From Iphione sp. A-MEVVRFRX5 (taxonomy: Eukaryota), in the NCBI GenBank assembly GCA_976226885.1, contig OZ320313.1, positions 70,432,001 through 70,496,000 of the forward strand: 64,000 nt of DNA. The letters run 5' to 3'. The notes below the pieces were generated by a model. The model was not told where the DNA came from and ran no database searches. It worked only from the letters and a program-made list of their open reading frames with translations. Positions 10,697-20,705 of the stretch are shown in pieces (position 1 is the stretch's first letter; the number at the start of each line of letters is the position of its first letter). Both the position numbers and the translations under genes were made by a program.

Positions 10697-13600
10697 GGGG
10701 AGAGGGAGAGACAGCGGAGGTGCTCATCCCCAGGGTCGTGGTGGTAGAGAAGAGGAGCAGGGAGGAGGGAGGTCACGAAGAAGACGAAATAGGCGGAGAA
10801 GTGGATCGGACATCAGGAGCTCTCACTCTGACTGGAGTGGTGCAAGGACGGCCGCTGACATGGCTGGTGGATACCGGGGCCTCCGCGACCATCATTGCCC
10901 GTAGGGTCATGGAGCAGCTCGGACTGCGGGTTCGGCCAAAGCTGGAACAGAGGATCGTGGGTGCGGATGGCCGGCCTCTTCAGTGTCATGGGGAGACCGA
11001 ACTAGAAGTGCAATTTCAGATGACAAAGTGGCTGATCAAGGCGTTGGTCGTGGAAGTGGAGTACGCCGCCATCCTGGGATGGATGCCCTCCGCCAACGAG
11101 GTGCGGTGGTTGATATGGCAAGGGGTTCCTCCGTCTTCCCCCCAAGGATTCCCCCTCGGCCATCGTACAAGTAGCCAGAGACGTGCAGGTAGCTGGAGGA
11201 GGAGGAAGCGTCATCCCAGTGACGGTGGCAGGAGCGGAGGCAACTCACTGAATGATGGAACCAGAAAGGAGGTTCGAAGTGGCCAACGGAGTGTGGATAC
11301 CTAGGTCCGTGTTGCCTGGGGGGGCCAGTGAAACAGCTATCTTATGCGTGAATACTACAGCGGAGGGATGATGGCTGAGGAGGGAAGCCACGGTGGGCCA
11401 GGCGGAGCCTGCGGAGCCAGCAGAGGCCACGGAGGACACGAAGTTGGAAGGTCCCGAGGCGGGGGAGGAGGTCGTCTGTGAACTGATGGAGACAGTCCCC
11501 AAGGAATTTTCAGATGATGAGAGGGAGGCCCACCGCCGCGTGCTACGGGGGCATCGGAGGGTGTTTCAAGTTAAAGATGGAGCTATGGGAAGGACTGATT
11601 TGATCTGGCATGAGATTCACACTGGTGATGCAGAACCCATTCGGCAACAATTTGGGCAGCTCCCGGCCCATAAACGAAGAATCGTGGAGGAGGAGGTGCA
11701 GAAGATGGTGGCATAGGGAGTGTTGGAGCCCTCACGGAGCCTGTGGGCCTCACCTATCATCCTGGTCAAGAAGAAGTCGGGGGAGTGGCGATTCTGTATT
11801 GATTTCTGGAGGCTAAATGAGAAGACCCGGAAGGACGCATACCTGATCCCGCGGGTCGACGACACCCTAGATGGGCTGGCGGGGGGAAGTTCTTCTCTAT
11901 CATAGATCTGGCCTTGGGATACTGGCAGGTGGAGGTAAAAGAAGAGGACAGGGAGAAGACTGCAATGTGCACCCCGGGGGGCCTCTACCAATTCAAAGCC
12001 ATGCCCTTCGGGTTGTGCAACGCACCCTCCACCTTCGAGAGGCTCATGGAGGTGGTGCTCTGCAGCTTGATAGGTGAAGGATGTCTCGTGTACCTAGACA
12101 ATGTTATCATCATGGGCACCACTGTGCAGCAGATGTGCAATCAGTTAGGGGAGGTGCTCGGTCGACTAGAAGAAGCTGGGATGCGAGTGAAGCCTAAGAA
12201 CTGCCAGCTACTACGGAGGGAAGTGACCTACCTCGGACATGTGGTTTCAGCGGCGGGGGTTCAACCCGACCCGGAGAAGGTTTGAGTGGTCGCGGAGTGG
12301 CCAGAGCCCGCTTCTGTGAAAGAGGTGCGGAGTTTCTTGGGGCTGGCATCTTACTACAGGTCCTTCATCCGCGATTTCGCGTGGTGGGCGGAGGCGCTCC
12401 ACTGACTGCTGGAGAAGGGGAAGAAGTTCGAGTGGGGAATGGATCAGCGAGCCTCGTTCACCGACCTTAGACAGTGTCTCATCATGGCCCCAATTCTAGG
12501 ATTCCGGACACCAGAGGGCCAGTTGATCCTTGACACTGATGCCTCTGCGGAAGGCCTGGGTGCAGTGTTGTCCCAGCGGCAGCAAGAGGGAGAGCGAGTG
12601 CTGGCCTATGCACGTCGAACTCTCACCCGAATGGAGAAACGTTTATGTGTTACCCAAAAGGAGCTTTTCACTGTAATTTTTGCACTGAGGAAATTCAAGA
12701 CGTATATGTCAGGAAGGAAGGTGGTCATTCGAACCGATCATGGGAGCCTCCGCTGGTTGATGCATTTCCGTGAGCCCGAGGGGCAAATGGCCCGCTGGCT
12801 GGAGGAGATCTACTGCCGGGACGTAGACATCATCCATCGGGACAGGTTCACAACAATGCAGATGCCCTGTCCCGGCAGCCGTGCAGGCAGTGTGGTCGTC
12901 CGGACGGAGAGTCGGAGGAGGCGGCGGGCGCGGAGGGCATCCTGGCACTTCAAGTTCGACTGGTGGTACAGCCCACCAAAATAGTGGCGGTCAGCAAGGA
13001 CGAACATCTGAGGGAGGTACTCCATCGCCTGGAAGAGGGGAGCGGACCACCGGATTGGGGGCCAGAAACCACCTGGGAGGAGAGGAGGCTTTTTATAGAG
13101 TGGAGCAGGCTGTCGACCGATCGTGGGCAGCAGAGGACGGGCGGACGTGGCCTCAGACGTTGGTCCTCGAAGGTCTAAGGAAAACGTGTTGGGAGGAGGT
13201 GCATTCGGGAGCCTTCGGGGGACACCCCGGCCCGGACAAGACAGCGGGTCTGCTGCATACGAAGTTCTTTTGGCTGGGACTGAGTCGGGATGTCCAGCTC
13301 TGGGGAGGAAGTTGCTCAGTCTGCCTGGAAAGGAGAAGCCCTCCGCGATGGCGGTGCACCCGGCTACAGCGCCGACAGCCCGGGGGGCAGTGGGAGATGG
13401 TGGCAGTGGACGTTCTGGGCCCCTTCCCCAAGACAGAGCGAGGAGCCAAATATGTGTTGGTGGCATGTGACCATTTCACCTAGTGGGCAGAGGCATTTCC
13501 TCTACATATGCTGGCCATGGAGGACACCGCCCTGGTATTAGTGCGGGAACTGATCTGTCGTTTTGGCCCTCCGTGGGTCATACACAGCGACCAGGGGAGG

Positions 13601-14085
13601 AATTTTGAGGCGCGACTGGTAGCGGAGGTCCTACGACTGTGTGGAGTGGAAAAGACGTGGACTACATCCTACCACCCGCAGGCAGATGGTCAGGTGGAGA
13701 GGTTCAATCGGACCCTGCAACACATGCTGGCCACTACGGTGGAGGAACATCAAGCTTCGAGACCGTGTTCATTCGGCACATCGGCTAGCCTTCCAATGGA
13801 TGAAGGAAGGTATCGCTCGACAGAAGGACTGGTATGATCAGAAGGTGTGTCCGACCTCGTACCAGGTGGGGGAGGAGGTGCACGTATTCCACCCAGTCAG
13901 AAAGCACGACTCTCGCTGAAGTTTGGCGATTCTGGGACAGCCCTGGATTGTGCAAGAAGCCCTCTCGGAAGCAGTGTACAGGGTGAAGAAAGGGCGGAGG
14001 GAGCGAGTGGTCCACGCAGACCTGTTGAAGCCAGGAAGAAGGGCCTCCGCGAGGGGAGCAGCAGGGATTCCCCAGCCGCGGTGAC
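10645..14085 (+). pseudogene. pro-pol of element B, multiply disrupted
   Basis: Protease LVDTGAS; RT WASPIILVKKK, MPFGLCNAPSTF, YLDNV; RNase H DTDASAEGLGAVL and RTDHGSLRW; integrase VDVLGPFP, HSDQGRNF, QADGQVER; C-terminal VYRV..VVHADLLK. Confidence 0.9.
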
Positions 14086-14229
14086 CGTTACAGTGGCGAG
14101 CGTATGGTGGGAAGCCACAGCCAATCACTGTGAGGCGGAGGAAAGCCTGAGGCGCCTCCGTGGAGCAAGTCATATAAAACTGCACGGGAAAGCAGCAGCC
14201 GAGTCATTGCAAGTTCTACTGCTCGAGAA

Positions 14230-17200
14230 GATGCCACAAAGGAAACCTAGCGGACCTTGGCTCTAATACCCCAAGTGCCCTTACACCTGTGATCGGAAGG
14301 ACAATTTGAGGCGCCACATGAAGCTGCATGATCAATACGGGTATGCGTGGAGCTGTCCGTCCCCCCGCTGCCCGGAGAAGGTGTTCCAGCGGAAGGACGA
14401 CCTGCGCTGCCATCTGGAGACGAAACAACATGACACTGAAAGGGGGAGGGAAGTTGATGAAGAAATCAAAGGAGTGCTACTATCAATTCTTCAAGGTGGA
14501 GGGGTCCACCGTGCTCAGGGGAAGGCCCGCTGACCCCTCCGCAGTGGAGGGAGGCCCGCAGCCAGGGTCCAAGCAAGGGCAAGCGCAGAAGGGAGGCGAA
14601 GAGGCTCCCTCCACTGAAAGTGAGGCGGAGGAGGGAGAGGAACCTGCGGAGGTGGTTGTCTCATCGGAAGACTTAGACGAGGACGAGGAGTGGGAACCCC
14701 AGCCGTCCACCTCAGCGGAGAGCCCTCCACGGCCCCCTCTGAGGAAGAAGGGGAGCAAGACCAGGGGAGACGCCCATAAGCGGACTCAGGAGTTGGCGGG
14801 CTTTCGCGGCCCTACCCTGGTGAAGGAGGCGGAGAAGTCCCCACGCACCCTGTGTAGTGAGCTGCGAGATGCCATCACCGGCCTGGAGGCTCGACACCCG
14901 GCCTCACCAGCAAGCTCTCCGGCCACGGTGGCTCAGATGGTAGAGAACGGCAGACCGACTCGAGAAGGCAATGTTGGGATCCCCCGCCTCTGGGGTCGTA
15001 CTTTGAAGTAGCCCCCTTGCCAAGTGGCGGTTGGAGGAGGACCCGAAGAAGAAGGACGGGGCCAAGTGGGGCCGCGGCCGTGGCCCTGCATTGTCCCCCC
15101 TGGTGAGCCGTTTAGGTGGGCAACTCCCCAAGGTACCCTCGCTGCTGCTAATGGAGGAGCGGACCCCACCAGCTCTACCCCCAGAGGTGGCTTCGCCGAA
15201 GTTAATCACACTGGACATCACCAGAGGGAAGACCGGACGAATCTTGGCATTGTCGACCCCCAGTATGCCGCCAACACTTGAGAACTTGAGTGAGCTGGTT
15301 AAACGGTTGCAGGAGGAGGGGGGCCCCCGGGCTTCTCCATGGAGGGTGGAAGAGGTGGCGGCGGCGTTTCGCTCGATGTTTGGCGATTTGATTGTCATGA
15401 TGGCCCCTCCCAGTGACCAGGCGGAGGACACGCGGAGGATGCAGAGTTCCTCTGAGGAAGAACTCGCGGACCAGCTCCTGGCCTCAGAAGAAGACGAGGA
15501 GGGCAGCTCTCAAGAAAAGGCGCTGACCGTGGCCCCCAAGATACAGTATGTAGAGGTAGGCGGGGTGCTGGAAATTCATGAAGCTGTCACACCCAACATC
15601 CCAGCAGAAGGGCATCAGTGCGCCTCCAGCCGAACGCGACCCCCGACGACTGGCCGCGGAGGTGCTCCAATGGGGGGCGAAGCAGGCAGTGGCTGCAGTT
15701 CGAGTGGTAGAAGCTCAACAAGGAGGAGGAGTGATGGCCGCCGAACCGGGTGAGGCGGAGAGCGGAGGGCCAGTCGCCAGACCGAGTGCGGGGGAGACAC
15801 CCTCCATGGTACCGCGGAGGGTCACCACCCCCCCCCCCGGGCTCCCTTCAGCCCCTGGAGGATCCTTGTTGCCAGGTGGAGGGGAGCCCCTGATGGCAGT
15901 CTTGACACGGCGAGAGGGGTCTCCCTTGCACGGCTTCCCGCAGGCGGAGGGAAAAGCAACGGCAGTGGAGATGGTACCTGGGGAGACCGCGGACAAATCG
16001 ACGCCCCAGGGCAAGCAGCGCGGAGAAGCTCCAGGGGGTGACCCCTCCCGGGCGGAGCTCCCTCCATGATGGAGGGAGGATGAACACGGGGAGGGGGCCA
16101 GGCCAGCTCCTCCCCACGTTGAACGGCAAGGGAGAACCCCGGAGGGTGGTCACACACCCCGAGATGAGCACCGCGGAGGCCAGCCAAGGGACGGCTGAGC
16201 TGGGGCAGAGCCCCCTCCATGACGGAGGGAGGACGAACATGGGGAAGGAGCCAGGCCAGTTTCCCCCCACATCGTGCAGCGCAAGGATGTTACGAAGTGC
16301 GACCCCCGTAGAATAGAGCCCCCTCCACGACGGAGGGAGGACGAACATGGGGAAGAAGCCAGGCCGGCCTCTCCCCACATCGAGCGGCGCGAGGAAGTTG
16401 CGGAGGGTGACACCTTGTTGTAGAGCCTCCTCTTCAATGGGGGGAGGACAAGCAGGGGAAGGGGACCAGGTCGGCCCCTCCCCACGTTGAGGGAACGATA
16501 ACGGCAGCAGTGGGTACGGCGAGTGACCCCCGTGGAGTAGAGCCCCTTCCACGATGGAGGGAGGACAAACATGGGGAGGGAGCCAGGCCAGTCCCTCCCC
16601 ACATCGAGCAGTGCGAGGAGGTTGCAAAGGGTGACCCCCGTGGAATAGAGCCCCCTCCACGACAGAGGGAGGATGAACACGGGGAGGGAACCAGGCCGGT
16701 CCCTCCCCACATCGAGTGGCGCGGAGACGTTACAGAGGGCAACACCCTTGGAGTAGAGCCCCCTCCACGACGGAGGGAGGATGAACATGGGGAGGGAACC
16801 AGGCCGGTCCCTCCCCACATCGAGCGGCGCGGAGACGTTACAGAGGGCGACACCCTTGGGGTAGAGCCCCCTCCACGATGGAGGGAGGACGAACACGGGG
16901 AGGGGACCAGGCCGGCTCCTCCCCATGTCGGGTGGCGGCCGAGATCGGAGGGTACCGACCCTCCGCCATCCGCGGGGGATGCAGTGTCAGAGGGGACTGC
17001 GACACCTCCCTCCGGCTCGCGTGGACCGGGGAGAAGGCAATGCCGCTGAACTCTTTCGCGTGAGGCGGCGCGATGTCCAAGTGACGATTGCCAGAATGCT
17101 GAGATCTGGGCACGATGGGCCGCCGCGCGGCAGATTACATGTGATGCTGACCCTTCGTGCCTGGACAATCAAAACAAGCAAAGGCCGTAGCCGCTTAGCT

Positions 17201-17424
17201 AGAAGTGCCGACGGACTAGTAATAGGAGTGAGGCATGAACTTTCTCTTGCACGGGAGGCGGAAGAAGCTGATGCACAGATGCTATCCCGTTGGTTTAGCA
17301 AGGCCACAGTGATTCCAGAAGAGTTAAGTTTAGAGATTTTGTCTTTGAACTTAACATTGATAAGGATTATGCTGTTGTCGAGGTTGACGAAGTATTTGGT
17401 GTTACTCAGGACGAGTTTGTTTAA
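14230..17424 (+). pseudogene. Accessory ORF of element B: C2H2 zinc fingers, acidic/Pro-rich region, 36-aa repeats, C-terminal domain
   Basis: (Y)PKCPYTCDRKDNLRRHMKLH and CPSPRCPEKVFQRKDDLRCHLETKQH at ~14268-14452; long open stretches at 14328-15011, 15031-15753, 16510-17049 and 16925-17424; lies between the end of integrase and the PPT. Confidence 0.65.
16053..16930 (+). repeat. ~8 copies of a 108-bp (36-aa) coding tandem repeat
   Basis: TAGAGCCCC anchor at 16206, 16314, 16421, 16538, 16646, 16754 and 16862; unit GVEPPPRRREDEHGEGTRPVPPHIERRGDVTEGDTL. Confidence 0.9.
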
Positions 17425-17435
17425 GAGGGAGGTAG

Positions 17436-17701
17436 TGTTGGCGGAGGGGTTCGTTCGATGTTGGCAGAGGGGATTTTCAGGTCAGGGCGGAGGGACGGAG
17501 GCTTAGTGCGGGTTTGGCGGAGGGAGCCCGGAGGCGGAGGAGGTGCGGAGGGGCTTTTCGTCTATGTAAGTGGGAGCGGCGGAGGCAGAGTTCAGTTGTT
17601 GTTTGTACCATCGTTATGCATGTGCTCTTCTCGGAATAAATTTCACAGTTCAATTCACTGAGGAGTGGAACTTCTTTATTACGAAATGGCCAAAGCTAAC
17701 A
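17436..17701 (+). repeat. 3' LTR of element B
   Basis: Follows the PPT; matches 9210-9475. Confidence 0.95.
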
Positions 17702-18289
17702 TTATGAAATATTCGATTTCTGTATCTGAATGCTATTATTTGATTAAAATACATTAAAATTATATTCAAAAACCGAATTCTCTGTCTTCTGCGTTCGTAA
17801 TAAATCAACCCAAAATGGACTGTATCAGAGGTTAAAAGTATAATACATTTAAATTATATTCTAAATCCGAATGCTAAGCCTTGGCGAGCTGACAGTAAGC
17901 CCGGGTAGCTCTCTAAGTTCGTTATTAATCAAAGGGAACCGCTACTCTTTGACCTGCTCTCACTTTGGCAAGCTGTCGGCGAGCCCAGTCACTCTCCCCC
18001 ATGTTCTGTATAAATCAAAGGGAAATGCTACTCTTTGACCCACTTTTACCTCAGCGAGCTGTCGGCAAACCCGGTCGCTCTCCCCCAAGTTTGTTATAAA
18101 TCGAAGGGAACACTACTGTTTGACCAGCTTGTAGGTGATTGAAAATCCAGGTAGGGCCTAGGGCCCGAATTAACTGATTGAATGTGACAGTGGCCTTAGG
18201 CCACTATTCGAAATCCGAATTTTCCCAGAACTGAACAATTTTGGCAGAAACGGTGATCGTTCAGATTTTGAACAAAGTTTTGCTTAAGG

Positions 18290-18449
18290 AACTTTCAAGA
18301 TGCACTGAATTTGACGTCATGTTGGGTAGCTCATCAACATAGATGAAATTGCTGTAGTGGTCAACAGGCATGACGTAGTGTCTCCCTTCAGTCTTGAAAC
18401 AATCTGAGCTCAGAATCTGGTAGGGATAATTTGGAATGGGATGTCTCAT
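18290..18449 (-). pseudogene. Integrase core N-terminal fragment (Mag-like)
   Basis: HPIPNYPYQILSSDCF..GRHYVMPVDHYSNFIYVDELPNMTS. This is the segment that normally precedes the HGIP..DNG motif found at ~9108. Confidence 0.75.
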
Positions 18450-18740
18450 CCCACCTTACTACCACCTCTCCCACTACACACTCACCATGCCCTCCATCTG
18501 ACACACTACCACCCACCTTACTACCACCTCCCCTACATAGGTGAAGTGATATAATACCCAACTGAAAAAGTAGTCCCAAAGTTCAGTGCTGGTTTGTTTT
18601 ACATTCTGATTTCTACCTTAAAACATAATTATGGTAGTATCTAATATCCTAAAAAGGATAAACATAGCATGTGAGAGAAAACAAATCATGTAATAAGTAC
18701 CTTCAGCACTTGCACTGGTTGTTTTAAGATGAGAGGGCTA

Positions 18741-18912
18741 TCTCTCTCCCCCTCTCTCTATGTCTACTTCTCTCCCTCCCTCTGTTTCCCTCCCTCCCTC
18801 TCCCTATCCTCCCTCAGTCTCTCATTCTTCTCCCTGTCTTTCTCTCCTCCCCTCTCTCTTCTCCCTCTCTCCTTCCTTCCTTCTTTCCTTCTCTCTGTCA
18901 TTCTCTCCCACC
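18741..18912. repeat. CT-rich low-complexity tract (left flank of element C)
   Basis: Almost pure pyrimidine run. Confidence 0.9.
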
Positions 18913-19043
18913 TGTAATATCCTGACGTGTGTAGTGCTACACCCTAGTGGCCATAAGGAGAACTATGTGAATAAAGGCTTCTGGGATATACAATATGGCA
19001 GCCAACATGTGTTGTTATTTCTCTCTCTCAAAGTAAGGACCTA
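18913..19043 (+). repeat. 5' LTR of element C, lacking its last 10 bp
   Basis: Matches 24980-25110 and then switches to unrelated sequence; no PBS follows. Confidence 0.88.
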
Positions 19044-19959
19044 CAAGCGCCTTCGGCGCTTGCACTGGTAGTTGATGTGTGATAGATACAGCACGAGTGC
19101 ATGGCTGTATGCGTGTATGGTGGTGGCGGCTGCGGCAGCGAGGCGGGGTGTGCGAGTGTCTGACCTAGAAAGTGGGGGTGGAAGTGGGGGCGAGAGGGTT
19201 TGGTAGTGCATTCATATGTAAGTAGGACTATCCCTACGCGAAGTGAAAAAGTAGTGCAGTTCTCATCAAATGTTTTTCTTATCCCTGCATTTTAATACTA
19301 TTTAATAATCTTATACAGCTTGTCTCTCAGAAAGATACTTCTCTAAAGGGCAGATATAAAAAAATTACTTATTTTTTCATGAGGTAGGAAGGAACCACTT
19401 GACCGATCTACTTTCAGCCGACTTCCGGCAGCCGTTTTAAAAGAGGGAGGGTAAAAACACTACATTCTTACGGTCGCCTCGGCGACTTCCGGTCATATTT
19501 TTTACATGCTGGAGGTGCAAACAACTTGTCAAAACCTTAGTAACAGAGAAACATGTAATTGTCTTCCCTTAAAAAGCATGCTGTTGTGTGTATTGTCTAG
19601 ATATATGTTATTTTCCATAATTAATTTTTATCATAGAATAGTTTATTTATGCTTTGTTCGAGATTTTACAAAGTGAGTGATAATAGGGTAATTTGCTATC
19701 CTTAAGCTTGTTTAGAAAACTCATCACTACAATATAAAATACTTTCTTTACATACTAATAAATATGGAAATTTATAGTTAACATATTCTTCTATAATCCT
19801 GTGCATTAATATATTTTTAGGCAATATATTTAATGAATTCTAGCCTTTCAAACTAAACTGCTATGTATTGTTGCTAGGGGTTGTTTGCACCTCCAAGATG
19901 GTTGCCAGGTGTGCACACTAGCTCCACCTGTAACCTTTACAGAGGAGAGGAGACATGAT

Positions 19960-20585
19960 TCCTGAAGAACCACAGCCTCCTCCATTTTTGCCGCGATTTC
20001 GGCGATGTGGAGACGTCCTACAAGGTGCTGGAGTACCTGTAAGTTTGCCGGACGATCTGGCACTATTTTGCCGCGATTTCGGGCATTCCAAGAGGTCTAC
20101 AAGCCTAGGAATGCACCAGTAAGTTTGCCGGCTGGTCCCATGAGGTCCCACGAGGTAGAAGTGTGTTTGCCAACCGCTTCGATGCCATTTCGCCACAATT
20201 TCGGCGATGTAGAGACATCCCACGAGGCTCTGGAGGGTTGCAGTGAGTACAACAACTATTCCAGATGTTTCTACATGATTTTCTGCAATGTATCGGCACC
20301 CCACAAGGCTCAGGAATGCAGCAGGGAGTTCACCAGCCAGTTCGACACCCTTTGGCTGTAATTTCGGCGATGTGCAGACGTTCTACAAAGTCCTGGAGTG
20401 CCAGTAAGTTCGCCGGCCGATTTGGGCACTATTTTGCTGATTTGGGCCGATGTATGGGAATCCCACGAAGTTTGGGAAGGTTGCTGTGGGTTTGCTGAGT
20501 GATACCAACCTGTCCCTGACGTCCTACAAGCAAGGTACAATGTGTAGGAGTGATACCAACCTGTCCCTGACGTCCTACAAGTAAG
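19960..20585 (+). repeat. Degenerate tandem repeats in the leader of element C
   Basis: Recurrent GCCGCGATTTCGGCGATGT.GAGACGTCCTACAAG..GGAGT..CAGTAAGTTTGCCGG units, plus a duplicated GAGTGATACCAACCTGTCCCTGACGTCCTACAAG block. Confidence 0.7.
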
Positions 20586-20705
20586 GTACAGTGTGCCAGT
20601 GACATGCAGAGGATCCAGTGACAGTGAGTGACATTTTCAACGTTTGACAAGTGTGTGTGTGTGTAACATTGACTGCGTAATTCCATGTAAGCAAGAACTG
20701 TCACA

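Larger units (their letters stand above)
9210..17701 (+). mobile_element. Ty3/Gypsy LTR retrotransposon B, tRNA-Leu primed, with extra 3' ORF; decayed
   Basis: Two 266-bp LTRs (13 differences); 18-nt PBS; PPT AAGAGGGAGGTAG at 17423-17435; gag, protease, RT, RNase H and integrase. Flanks ATAT and TTAT may be an imperfect 4-bp TSD. Confidence 0.92.

Noticed and set aside
15715-17168. Long antisense ORFs (258, 270, 244 aa) over the 108-bp repeats
   Set aside because: Expected shadows of a GC-rich tandem repeat; no independent evidence of an antisense gene.
14230-17424. env gene in element B
   Set aside because: No signal peptide, furin site or convincing transmembrane anchor. The Leu-rich reading at 17300-17430 is probably the wrong frame.
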